Below, piece after piece: positions 53,001 to 63,872 of a stretch of 64,000 nt of DNA. The DNA comes from Chrysomallon squamiferum (lineage: Eukaryota; Animalia; Mollusca). The stretch lies in contig CM022665.1 in assembly GCA_012295275.1 (NCBI GenBank), positions 47,864,001 to 47,928,000 on the forward strand, given 5' to 3'. Each line of letters opens with the position of its first letter. The first letter of the stretch is position 1. The notes under the pieces are model-generated. The model was not told the origin of the DNA, did not search any database, and worked only from the letters and a program-made list of their open reading frames with translations. A program made the translations under genes and the position numbers.

Positions 53001-54438
53001 CGTGGGAAAAATCGGGCGCACATACCCAAAAGTGGGGCAAGGGTTGCCCGACACGGGTCAAAAGTGCCGCACGCCCCACCCAAGGGGAACAACTCGTTTC
53101 CGACACGTGCACAAAAAACGCACATGTTTTTGAAAATTTGCTCGATTTTTTTTTTCAAACGCATTTTCAAAAGGTGCAGCACCTTTGGTAAATGTTGGAA
53201 ACGTTTTTGCCACACTCGCCCCCCGACGGCGCGCACGTTTTGCACACGTCGAAATATTTTTCCCGACCAAACGGAACAGTGCCACACGGATTTTCAACTT
53301 TGAAAATCGAATTTTTTCAAGTTTCGTTGAAAATGCTAGGGGTACCTTTTTCAAAGTGCAATAACTTTTTCCGAGCACGTGGGAAAAATCGGGCGCACAT
53401 ACCCAAAAGTGGGGCAAGGGTTGCCCGACACGGGTCAAAAGTGCCGCACGCCCCACCCAAGGGGAACAACTCGTTTCCGACACGTGCACAAAAAACACAT
53501 GTTTTTTTGAAAATTTGCTCGATTTTTTTTTTTTTCACGCATTTTCAAAAGGTGCAGCACCTTTGGTAAATGTTGGAAACGTTTTTGCCACACTCGCCCG
53601 ACGGCGCGCACGTTTTGCACACGTCGAAATATTTTTCCCGACCAAACGGAACAGTGCCACACGGATTTTCAACTTTTGAAAATCGAATTTTTCAAGTTTC
53701 GTTGAAAATGCTAGGGGTACCTTTTTTTCAAAGTGCAATAACTTTTTCCGAGCACGTGGAAAAATCGGGCGCACATACCCAAAAGTGGGGGGCAAGGGTT
53801 GCCCGACACGGGTCAAAAGTGCCGCACGCCCCACCCAAGGGGAACAACTCGTTTCCGACACGTGCACAAAAACGCACATGTTTTTTTGAAATTTGCTCGA
53901 TTTTTTTTCAACGCATTTTCAAAAGGTGCAGCACCTTTGGTAAATGTTGGAAACGTTTTTGCCACACTCGCCCCGACGGCGCGCACGTTTTGCACACGTC
54001 GAAATATTTTTCCCGACCAAACGGAACAGTGCCACACGGATTTTCAACTTTTGAAAATCGAATTTTTTCAAGTTTCGTTGAAAATGCTAGGGGTACCTTT
54101 TTCAAAGTGCAATAACTTTTTCCGAGCACGTGGAAAAATCGGGCGCACATACCCAAAAGTGGGGCAAGGGTTGCCCGACACGGGTCAAAAGTGCCGCACG
54201 CCCCACCCAAGGGGAACAACTCGTTTCCGACACGTGCACAAAAACGCACATGTTTTTTGAAAATTTGCTCGATTTTTTTCAAACGCATTTTCAAAAGGTG
54301 CAGCACCTTTGGTAAATGTTGGAAACGTTTTTGCCACACTCGCCCCGACGGCGCGCACGTTTTGCACACGTCGAAATATTTTTCCCGACCAAACGGAATA
54401 GTGCCACACGGATTTTCAACTTTTGAAAATCGAATTTT
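26064..54438. repeat. ~374-bp satellite array, about 75 head-to-tail copies, two subfamilies (A ~26064-38280, B ~40460-54438)
   Basis: Recurring monomer (...CATTTTCTAAAGGTGCAGCACCTTTGGAAAATG...GCTAGGGGTACC...GGGCAAGGGTTGCCC...) with ~374-bp period. The left end is at an assembly gap. The right end is sharp at ...AAATCGAATTTT|CTGTAAAATG. Confidence 0.98.
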
Positions 54439-54573
54439 CTGTAAAATGTAATTTTAATTATTAAAAATTCAAACAAGTAAATTTATTATTTATTTTAACA
54501 AAACTGATATCTAATTCCTTTTTATAACTGTCAGTCGTGTTTTCATTATTATTATTACTTTTGTGATTTTCAG

Positions 54574-54770
54574 TATTTTGCTTCTTTTCAAGCTTGTCTG
54601 GTGTTTCTTTTAATGCAGCAGAAAACCTGAGTACAGAGGCTTTGAGTATCCCAGAAGCCCACCTTAAATCAGACCCTATAGAGATACCCAGCAATGAAAC
54701 TGTGTGCGGATACATTTTTGTCATTAAGCCCATCAATGGACACATTTCAACTGAGCTCAAATTACAGTGA
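54574..54770 (+). CDS. Possible terminal coding exon of an unidentified gene convergent with NADSYN1 (...NAAENLSTEALSIPEAHLKSDPIEIPSNETVCGYIFVIKPINGHISTELKLQ*)
   Basis: Non-repetitive open frame ending at TGA 54768-54770. Candidate acceptors are ttttcag| (54573), ttttcaag| (54592) and ttttaatgcag| (54618). No homology recognised. Confidence 0.35.
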
Positions 54771-54802
54771 TGCCTGGGCTTTTTCTGGCTGTCTGTTCCA
54801 TG

Positions 54803-55225
54803 TATAAAAAAAAAAAACACTGGCTCTTGGTAAATATATCTTTATCATAATTATAGTTGTATAAAAAAAAATCATTGGTTCACGGTAAATATAATTTTAT
54901 CATAATTATAGTAGTATAAAAAACATTGGATCTTGGTAAATATAATTTTATCATAATTATAGTAGTATAAAAAAAAAACATTGGTTCACGGTAAATATAA
55001 CTTTATCATAATTATAGTTGTATAAAAAACATTGGTTGTTTGTAATTATAATTTTATCATAATTATAGTAGTATAAAAAAAAAAACATTGGTTCACGGTA
55101 AATATAATTTTATCATAATTATAGTTGTATAAAAAACATTGGTTCTTTGTAATTATAATTTTATCATAATTATAGTAGTATGAAAAAAACCACTGGTTCA
55201 CGGTAAATATAATTTTATTGTAATT
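54803..55225. repeat. ~55-bp AT-rich minisatellite (TATAAAAAAACATTGGTTCACGGTAAATATAATTTTATCATAATTATAGT.G), ~7-8 copies
   Basis: Tandem copies alternating TTCACGG with (T/A)TCTTGG or TTTGT variants. Confidence 0.92.
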
Positions 55226-55579
55226 GTAGTTTTATATTTCCTCCGTTTCTTTACACTATACAGTGTGTGAGTCCACAACAATTAACATGATTTTTTTTTT
55301 TTTCTTCTAATTGTTGTTTGTCTTTCTTGGTGTGTTTGTTTGTAATAAATACCTGGACTCGTTTCATAGTGTATTTAACTGATTTTGTTTTTCCAAGGAT
55401 GAAAGTTGATAATTATTACCCTGATCATTTTTGTAATTTTATTCATTTGTATGTATATATATAAAATCTGGACAGTCACTATAACGAGACTGTAGCGAGG
55501 CTTTGAAGGCTCATGACATTCCGTGTGTCTGTCCATTCCTGCCTCAACTTAAAGGTTTCTGGAATTCTTTAAGTTGTTC

Positions 55580-55625
<46 letters not shown>

Positions 55626-57463
55626 TACTAATACTTACAGTTTCAGGGTGACTATAAAACTGCTATTACTATTACTATAAGGCTGATATTCATCTCAAGG
55701 ACACACACACATCACTCCTACCGACAAACACAAGTTTCTAAATTATCTTTTGTGTTAGACTTCACGTTAGACTTTGTATAAACACTTTTAAACTATCTAA
55801 GTGTATTCAATATCTGTCACATGTAATAAATAATGAAATAATCAGGTTCAATGACAAACTTCTGATACAACTGTAATAAAATGTTGTTTCACTGTATATT
55901 GTTCTATTTGCTGCTAACGTTTATAAAACAAAAACAAAATCTAAGACTTTTTTCTTCATCTTTAAGAATAAGTTCAGAAAGCATAATGCTTTGATTACAG
56001 CCGATGATTCAGTGCAAAGTAAACAAAGACAAGCACTTAGTTTTTAAAAGCAAGCTGACTGAAACATATTGAGTCAAACATATTTGATCTCATTTGGTTA
56101 AACAGCCAACTATGATGTTCATTACTACTGTTAATATATGTGAATATTCATTATTTTCTAATGAATTTTATGTTTTTGAACTATACTAGAGTACTAATAT
56201 CTTTTTCAATGTGTTGTAACTCCTAAGCAGCTTCTATATGAAACTGAAGTGAGCTGCTGCTCATGATTAACTCATTATCTACTGGGCAGATAATGTCAGT
56301 CTTTAGTGCTTCGAGCTTGTTCCTAGACAGTCATAATGTTTAACAAAATTTCCATATGTGTTATAAAGCTAAAAACTTTACTGAATCTCCTATGTTTTAC
56401 GAGAACAAGACAAACCCAAAACACCAACACTGCAGCTGAATTTATTTTTTAAAATATTCTTTTATTGTTTTTGTTTTAGAGGGAGGCAAAATTAATTCCT
56501 CAAAAATATAAAATCATTCAATGTCTGTGGTCTTGTTAAATCAATTAATGTAAAAAAATCCTGTTACATACATGAATTTAAATGTAACTTACAAATACCA
56601 GAACACTGCTAAAACAAGCATTTACAATGACCAAACTAGGTGAGTGTCTGTGTCAGTGTTAAATAACAAATAGAGATCTTCCTGGGGAGATACCATTCTG
56701 CCACGTCACACTTACAATATGTGCACTGAGGTAAACTGAGCTGTCAGATCAGCACACTATCACTGTCAGAGTGTCTAGCAGAAGACAAATTATTGTTCCT
56801 GATACTGAAACTTAATCACCTCCTACTCAAAACCTGACTGTATTAGAAATCTACTGACAGGTGTGACAGGCTAAGAAACACACAATGTTTTTACACTATG
56901 ATACACAAAACATAAATTCTTTTGTACAATCAACATTTTGACATCTAATCTAGGTAATTTATTAAGTAATTATGGACAAATTTGCAATCTTTGCTTCTTA
57001 ACTGGGTATAACATATCACAGTCTCTATGGTAGTCGCCACACAGTTCTGTAAGAAAGAAAAAAACTAATAATAACATAGCCTATATAAACACAGATTATC
57101 AGCATGTCAGTGTAACATAGATTAAATTATTTAAATTAGACATACTATGAACATACAGATGAATATGGTGTTTGTACTAACACATTATCAATATCTCTGT
57201 AAGCACTGTATTTATAGGCTAACAAGTAATCTGTGAAAGAAATTCTAAGTTATTAAAAGACATTTGGAGATATTTATACTGATCACCAGAACCTGCAACA
57301 CAGGTTACCAATGTTTGTCTTAATTTTTTATTACAGCATATGTTGTTGTTGTTTTTTTTCTAATCAGTTTTATATCTAAGCACAAAATGTATTTATGATA
57401 TGAGTGTTTAGAATTAGAGTCATGGTGATATGTAGACTAAATGTTTACCTGTTGGGTTCAGTC

Positions 57464-57613
57464 TCACAGTGACACTTGGGTAAGAACTGAAACTGGTTTT
57501 GTTGATGACAACTCAGTTTTGTTATCTGATGTGGCAGTCCTCTCTGTACTCTTTGTCTCATGTCTGCTCAGTATCTGTGGATTTCTCTTGAGAGCAGCTG
57601 TCAAGATTTTCAT
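57464..57613 (-). CDS. NADSYN1: Probable last coding exon of NADSYN1: MKILTAALKRNPQILSRHETKSTERTATSDNKTELSSTKPVSVLTQVSL*
   Basis: Acceptor tgtttgtaacag|ATG is in phase 0 with the previous exon. Open 49 codons to TGA at 57464-57466. The tail is not conserved, so support comes from splice logic only. Confidence 0.65.
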   Translation of the reverse strand: MKILTAALKRNPQILSRHETKSTERTATSDNKTELSSTKPVSVLTQVSL

Positions 57614-58018
57614 CTGTTACAAACACAATTAATTTACTGCCATAATTAAGTTAATAGAGTAAGTCAGTGTAGGCATAGCATAATAAACTCCGTTATTTGT
57701 CAAAAATATTCTAATTAAATGTCTAGATTTTTTAAATAGTTCATTGAAAATACAACAAATTATCTTTAATGTGTAACTTATTTAGTGTGTAAACTTTCAC
57801 AAAAGAATATATCAGTGCGTGTGCAAACTATCAAAAACTGTGTTATAAAAAACAGTGTCACCAAAGCAATATGAAAATATATCTCCGTGAACAGTGGTAT
57901 TACAAACATATACCTCTGTCAAGGTATTATCAAAACATAACTATCAACAAAGGCATTAGAAAACCATATCTGTAAACAACAGCAACACTTGAAAGTGAAT
58001 CTGTGCATGTGAAAATAC

Positions 58019-58195
58019 CTCTCTGTCAATGCACGCAAACTGCCAGGGCCAGTGTGTGTTGTAGAGGAATTGGCGATGGTCAAAGCGGTTGTCATCAGGA
58101 CTGTAGGACTCTGCATGGTAGGCTGGAGTGAGAACAGTCATTTTGTGTCGGTTGATTGAGTAACTTCGGAAGAAATGTTTAACTTTGTCAGCAAC
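58019..58195 (-). CDS. NADSYN1: NADSYN1 coding exon: [59 protein letters not shown]
   Basis: [22 protein letters not shown] and WPWQF motifs. Acceptor is tgttacag|G and donor is GAG|gtattt. 177 bp. Confidence 0.95.
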
Positions 58196-58468
58196 CTGTA
58201 ACAAACGTGTTTTATTTTATCTACACCCTGCAAACAAGTTTGTGCATCAGTATCCTACGCTGAATTATGATTTGAGTCTATCACTGTCCTATAATACTTC
58301 TAACTTCTACAAACAACTTATATATGACCCTGATGCAGTTCTTCAAACATTTCAAAGTTGTGTAACCAGCTGATGAATACTTGGAATTTAAAACAAATTT
58401 ACTATCAACACAACAGCAAACCACAACTGGAGAAGAAGAAGAATGGAAGAGAGCATGAGACAGTTTAC

Positions 58469-58597
58469 CTGAGCTGGAGTGTAGCAGTGAGCCCAGACGT
58501 GTACAAGTTTACAAAACATGCTGTACGGTCCACACAACTTCTGTTTGCGCAGACGACCAAACACAGACAGTTCTTTGTACGTCATACCCATGTCTTG
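58469..58597 (-). CDS. NADSYN1: NADSYN1 coding exon: [43 protein letters not shown]
   Basis: DMGMTY.ELS..G.LRK...GPYSMFCKL motif. Acceptor is ggtttcag|C and donor is CAG|gtaaac. 129 bp, phase 0. Confidence 0.95.
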
Positions 58598-58869
58598 CTG
58601 AAACCGTCAACCACAAAACAATAACATGACAGTTTGCTTATCAACACAGAGTACTAACTACTGCTTTTTCAATAATTTAATATAATTTACAGTTGTCTTA
58701 AGGAGGTGTAATTTTTTTACATATATATATTTTTATATAAGAATAAACAAGGCTAGAAAAATGTGGAAAACTTAAATTACCTCCACCTTCAGACAAACTT
58801 AGTGTGTACTTATTTATATCAACATTTCAATCAAAGATGTATATTTTAAATTCTAATGTATATATACAC

Positions 58870-59005
<136 letters not shown>

Positions 59006-59182
59006 ATTAAACTTCATAATTTGTGTGATTAGTAATAGACAGTTCATGTCCTTCTTTACAGTAAACTAACTATATATGCACTTTTTACAACAATCTTCCC
59101 AAGTTATCTGATGAGATATTCAGTGTATAATGAAAGTCATTAACAGTTATGTTGTAATGTGTTTAAAATTTCTCTTCCTCAC

Positions 59183-59252
59183 CTCATCAGTCTGAGCAAT
59201 TCTTCCATCTGCTAATGGTTCCAGCTCAGCAGTAGGAGGAGCATCCAAGATC
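59183..59252 (-). CDS. NADSYN1: NADSYN1 coding exon: (G)ILDAPPTAELEPLADGRIAQTDE
   Basis: P.TAELEP...QTDE motif. Acceptor is ttttaacag|G and donor is GAG|gtgagg. 70 bp. Confidence 0.94.
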
Positions 59253-59762
59253 CTGTTAAAAATATTACAATACACAGTGTCACAGATGTTATAAAACTAG
59301 TGTTAAAAATATAGTGTCACAGGTGATATAATATTTAATTTTACAAGCATTAGATTATAAAACTAATGTTAGAAATGTTATGATTAGTGTTTTAATGTTA
59401 AAAGTGTTATAGTACTCACTGATAACAGTAATAACAATATTACAATACTGTTAAAAGTATTTTAATTATAACACTATCTGTTAACTGTTACACTGTCAAA
59501 AGCAGTAATAGCATTATTATTATGACACTATTAAAAATAGTAACAATGTTTTAATTATAACAATTTCTATTAAAATTAATAACACTGTTTTATTTCTGGC
59601 GCTGTTGAAAGTGATAATGTTGAAAGGAGGGATATGTATAAGACTTTCCACAATACCAAAAACATATTACGTAGATAGAATCCACCAACATTAAATTCAT
59701 ATATTTATAACAAATGAAACAATGAACAGTTGTATACACCATAATGAATTATGTCAACTCAC

Positions 59763-59894
59763 CCAAGAAGAGAGGTAAGTCCAAACTTCGTTACTGAGTA
59801 CTTAATAAAAAGTCGCAGATCTGTTTTACTGATTCCACCAATAGGGTTAACATCAGCACTGGAACAGTCATACTTTGTCATGTAGCCTCGTAAA
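59763..59894 (-). CDS. NADSYN1: NADSYN1 coding exon: (S)[43 protein letters not shown](G)
   Basis: [23 protein letters not shown] signature. Acceptor is tttcacag|T and donor is TGG|gtgagt. 132 bp. Confidence 0.95.
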
Positions 59895-60115
59895 CTGTGA
59901 AATACAGGTAAAGTACTTAGTTACATAGCCTTGTAAACTGTGAAATACTTTGTCATATAGCCTCGTAAACTGTGAAATACATATAAAATACTTAGTTACA
60001 TAGCCTTGTAAGCTGTGAAATACTTTGTCATGTAGCCTTGTAAACTGAAATATACTTTGTTACGTAGCCTTTTAAACTGAAATATACTTTGTCACATAGT
60101 CTTGTGCACTGTAAA
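59870..60115. repeat. Degenerate ~32-45-bp repeat, ~7 copies, containing the acceptor and first ~25 nt of exon 59763-59894
   Basis: TACTTTGTCATGTAGCCTCGTAAACTGTGAAA and diverged variants in tandem. Confidence 0.88.
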
Positions 60116-60244
60116 ATATAAAATTATACTTAACAATAAAATCTTATAAAAATTTAATACGATGTATGAATATTAATGATATGAAATGGAAGAAAAGATG
60201 GATATTTAAAGATTTATGCAGTTAAAATTAGAACACTTTCAAAC

Positions 60245-60351
60245 CTTTCGTCTACATTGGCTGATCCAAGAACCAGCAGACCTCCTGATCTGTTCCGAGC
60301 CCACAGACACAACTGAGCAAACATGTAGGCTAACACCATCCTTAGTCGAGC
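60245..60351 (-). CDS. NADSYN1: NADSYN1 coding exon: [35 protein letters not shown](S)
   Basis: AR.RMVLAY.FAQ and [11 protein letters not shown] motifs. Acceptor is tttacaacag|G and donor is AAG|gtttga. 107 bp. Confidence 0.95.
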
Positions 60352-61177
60352 CTGTTGTAAATACAATGTGTAAACATGTAGACTAACACCATCCTTAGAC
60401 GAGCCTGTTGTAAATACAATGTGTAAACATGTAGGCTAACACCATCCTTATCACGAGCCTGTTGTAAATACAATGTGTAAACATGTAGGCTAACACCATC
60501 CTTAGTCGAGCCTGTTGTAAATACAATGTGTAAACATGTAGGCTAACACCATCCTTAGTCGAGCCTGTTGTAAATACAATGTGTAAACTGTTGGCTAAAC
60601 CATCCTTAATGTTGTAAAAATACAATGTGTAAACATGTAGGCTAACACCATCCTTAGTCGAGCCTGTTGTAAATACAATGTGTAAACATGTAGGCTAACA
60701 CCATCCTTAGTCGAGCCTGTTGTAAATACAATGTGTAAACATGTAGACTAACACCATCCTTAGACGAGCCTGTTGTAAATACAATGTGTAAACATGTAGA
60801 CTAACACCATCCTTAGACGAGCCTGTTGTAAATACAATGTGTAAACATGTAGACTAACACCATCCTTAGACGAGCCTGTTGTAAATACAATGTGTAAACA
60901 TGTAGACTAACACCATCCTTAGTCGAGCCTGTTGTAAATACAATGTGTAAACATGTAGACTAACACCATCCTTAGTCGAGCCTGTTGTAAATACAATGTG
61001 TAAACATGTAGACTAACACCATCCTTAGTCGAGCCTGTTGTAAATACAATGTGTAAACGTGTAGGCTAACACCATCCTTAGACGAGCCTGTTGTAAATAC
61101 AATGTGTAAACATGTAGACTAACACCATCCTTAGTCGAGCCTGTTGTAAATACAATGTGTAAACATGTAGACTAACA
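60319..61177. repeat. 53-bp minisatellite, ~16 copies, containing the NADSYN1 acceptor and the first ~33 nt of exon 60245-60351
   Basis: Minus-strand unit is ACACATTGTATTTACAACAG|GCTCGACTAAGGATGGTGTTAGCCTACATGTTT. Confidence 0.96.
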
Positions 61178-61436
61178 TTATTCTCACTGGGTCTGGCTGG
61201 TGATAGCAGCATGGTCTGATTAACATTATTTTGTCTTATTTAAAACAAACACATAATCTGACTTGGTTCCCAGTGGAGCCTGCAGTTAACATACTGATAC
61301 AAAATTTGTCTTTTTATCCCCATCATCTAATCACTGCAGGACATGCCCACTTTCAACAAACTTTTAGAAAGCAGCATCTCAACTACAAGGAATAAACATA
61401 TTTCAGTTTCACAACCAAAAACACATTTACAATTAA

Positions 61437-61903
61437 AGGTTTTTTCTAAAATTACCTGAATGTTCTGAAGAGCAAGGTTTTCTCTAAAATTACCTGAATG
61501 TTCTGAAGAGCAAGGTTTTCTCTAAAATTACCTGAATGTTCTGAAGAGCAAGGTTTTCTCTAAAATTACCTGAATGTTCTGAAGAGCAAGGTTTTCTCTA
61601 CAATTACCCGAATGTTCTGAAGAGCAAGGTTTTCTCTACAATTACCCGAATATTCTGAAGAGCAAGGTTTTCTCTAAAATTACCTGAATATTCTGAAGAG
61701 CTTGGTTTTCTCTAAAATTACCTGAATATTCTGAAGAGCAAGGTTTTCTCTACAATTACCTGAATGTTCTGAAGAGCAAGGTTTTCTCTAAAATTACCTG
61801 AATATTCTGAAGAGCTAGGTTTTCTCTAAAATTACCTGAATGTTGTGAAGAGCAAGGTTTTCTCTACAATTACCTGAATATTCTGAAGAGCTAGGTTTTC
61901 TCT
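61437..61903. repeat. 38-bp minisatellite, 12 copies, containing the last 30 nt of exon 61874-62009 and its donor
   Basis: Minus-strand unit is AGAGAAAACCTTGCTCTTCAGAACATTCAG|GTAATTTT. ATTACC recurs every 38 bp from 61451 to 61869. Confidence 0.96.
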
Positions 61904-62009
61904 CACACTTCCACCATGAACTTTGTATTTAGGCACGACAAGCAGAGCTGTTGTAAATATGCTGAGAACAGCTGTCACTGCGACGTCAATGGAAATTGAT
62001 AAATGATGA
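61874..62009 (-). CDS. NADSYN1: NADSYN1 coding exon: (S)HHLSISIDVAVTAVLSIFTTALLVVPKYKVHGGSVRENLALQNIQ
   Basis: HGGS.RENLALQN.Q motif. Acceptor is tttcaacag|T and donor is CAG|gtaatt. 136 bp. Confidence 0.94.
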
Positions 62010-62681
62010 CTGTTGAAAAGACAATGTTACACAGTAATAAATACATTAACAGAAAATGCTGTATTTAATCAGAGTTGTGTGTTGTAAATACAAACTATTT
62101 AAATATGGTTGACCTTTGATTTCATGGACTAAAAGGAGAACACTGTTCCTGAAAATGGAAAAGTCTGTTGCAAATATGGTTGACCTTTGATTTCATGGAC
62201 TAAAGATTAATTGAATGTAAAATTTACCAAAACATTAAACTTTAGTATCCGTAACAGCTTTGTAATACATTAATGTAATAATATAACAACTATACAGAGA
62301 GATAAAAACTAATGTAAACATTTGTCATACATGTGCAGAAAAATGGACAATACAATGTGTTAGGTTAGGATGGTTGTGAATGCATTTGTAAAATTTACTC
62401 TTATCTTGATGGTGGCTTGAATATTGGTTGCTATGACAGTAAAGTGGGTCTCAGAATAATTTAACACTACCTAGAGGTAAGGTTTCAAGCAGGAATTGGC
62501 AGTAAATTCAAATTTTGTGATTTTCCAGTTTTGGTCAAGACTTCCAGTTTTTCCAGAAAACAGAGTTCCATGAAATCAATGGTCAGCAGTAGCTGTGTGT
62601 TGTGATACAAAACAGTATTTAAACTACAGAGTGTAGATAATGACAAATACATTTAGATGAACTAAACAGTGTGTCTCTTAC

Positions 62682-62850
62682 CTGCCAACCTGTCCAGCAA
62701 GTTCTGCTGCTCTGCTGTTTGTGTCGGAGGAACTGTTCTCCGAGGACATGTAGCACGTGGTGAACAGTCGACCTGCCAACTCTCGTCTGTCAGCCGGCAC
62801 GTAACCCTCCTCTCCTACTATACGCTGTACATCTCCTATAACTCCTTTAT
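62682..62850 (-). CDS. NADSYN1: NADSYN1 coding exon: DKGVIGDVQRIVGEEGYVPADRRELAGRLFTTCYMSSENSSSDTNSRAAELAGQVG(S)
   Basis: TTCYM..NSS..T..RA.ELA motif. Acceptor is gttgttgcag|AT and donor is CAG|gtaaga. 169 bp, phases 1/2 agree with neighbouring exons. Confidence 0.93.
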
Positions 62851-63480
62851 CTGCAACAACAATAATAGTAATACACTAACAACATAGTAACTCTCCTACT
62901 ATACGCTGTACATCTCCTATAACTCCTTTATCTGCAACAACAATAATAGTAATACACTAACAACATAGTAACTCTCCTACTATACGCTGTACATCTCCTA
63001 TAACTCCTTTATCTGCAACAACAATAATAGTAATACACTAACAACATAGTAACTCTCCTACTATACGCTGTACATCTCCTATAACTCCTTTATCTGCAAC
63101 AACAATAATAGTAATACACTAACAGCATAGCAACAGAATATCAATAAAGCACAGTATCTGTAACAAAACAGTAACGTAATGTCTGTAACAACAATAATAA
63201 TAATACAGTAATAACATAGTAACAGAATATCTATAAAGCACAGTATCTGCAACAACAATAATAGTAATACACTAACAGCATAGCAACAGAATATCAATAA
63301 AGCACAGTATCTGTAACAAAACAGTAACATCTGTAACAACAATAATAATAATACAGTAATAACATAGTAACAGAATATCTATAAAGCACAGTATCTGCAA
63401 CAACAATAATAGTAATACACTAACAGCATAGCAACAGAATATCTATAAAGTACAGTAACAATACTGTAACAGTATTTGCA
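62811..63480. repeat. 80-bp repeat (4 copies, 62811-63130) containing the acceptor and first ~40 nt of exon 62682-62850, continuing into a degenerate derivative repeat
   Basis: CTCCTACTATACGCTGTACATCTCCTATAACTCCTTTATCTGCAACAACAATAATAGTAATACACTAAC recurs every 80 bp. ATCTGCAACAACAATAATAGTAATACACTAAC reappears at ~63246 and ~63393. Confidence 0.94.
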
Positions 63481-63720
63481 ACAAAACAGTAACACAGTAT
63501 ATCATATACTATATGTAAGAAAACATGATAATAAATATTTATCATATATGTTGAACAAAAATGTTACATATCAACTATACTGTAATAAAATATATCAAAA
63601 GTATATCTGTTACATATAAACATACTACAATAAAATATTATATCAAAAACATATCTATTACCTATCACACACACTATAATAAACGTTGTATAGCTATTAC
63701 CTATACAAAAAGTAAATTAC

Positions 63721-63872
63721 CTCCATTGTGACAAGCCTCACAGACAAGCTGACACATGGACGCTACGATACAGGCGGAGCTAGAACTGTCGATGCCACCA
63801 CTGAGAGGAAGAAAGTATCCACCCTGTCCACTGCGGCGCAGGTAATCCCACAACCAGCAGGCTGGACCCAGA
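63721..63872 (-). CDS. NADSYN1: NADSYN1 coding exon, start of the synthetase domain: (S)[50 protein letters not shown]
   Basis: Contains the SGGxDS PP-loop of NAD synthetases and closely matches the human [23 protein letters not shown] segment. Acceptor is tgtgtttcag|T and donor is GAG|gtaatt. Upstream exons lie beyond the window. Confidence 0.95.

Noticed and set aside
26064-54438. Hundreds of 60-500 aa ORFs in the satellite
   Set aside because: They arise from a stop-poor monomer, occur in all frames, shift with homopolymer indels and show no recognisable domain.
26064-54438. CRISPR array, or retrozyme/hammerhead tandem repeat
   Set aside because: There are no unique spacers or cas genes. 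No CUGANGA hammerhead core was found on either strand of the monomer. No rRNA, tRNA, 5S or snRNA hallmarks were recognised.
57956-58018. Read-through C-terminus [20 protein letters not shown] for NADSYN1
   Set aside because: A donor GAG|GTATTT occurs right after the conserved IDRE, and an in-phase downstream exon exists. Read-through is possible but less likely.
62101-62204. 33-bp direct repeat in a NADSYN1 intron as a target-site duplication
   Set aside because: Only ~38 bp separates the copies and there are no element hallmarks. It is a simple local duplication.
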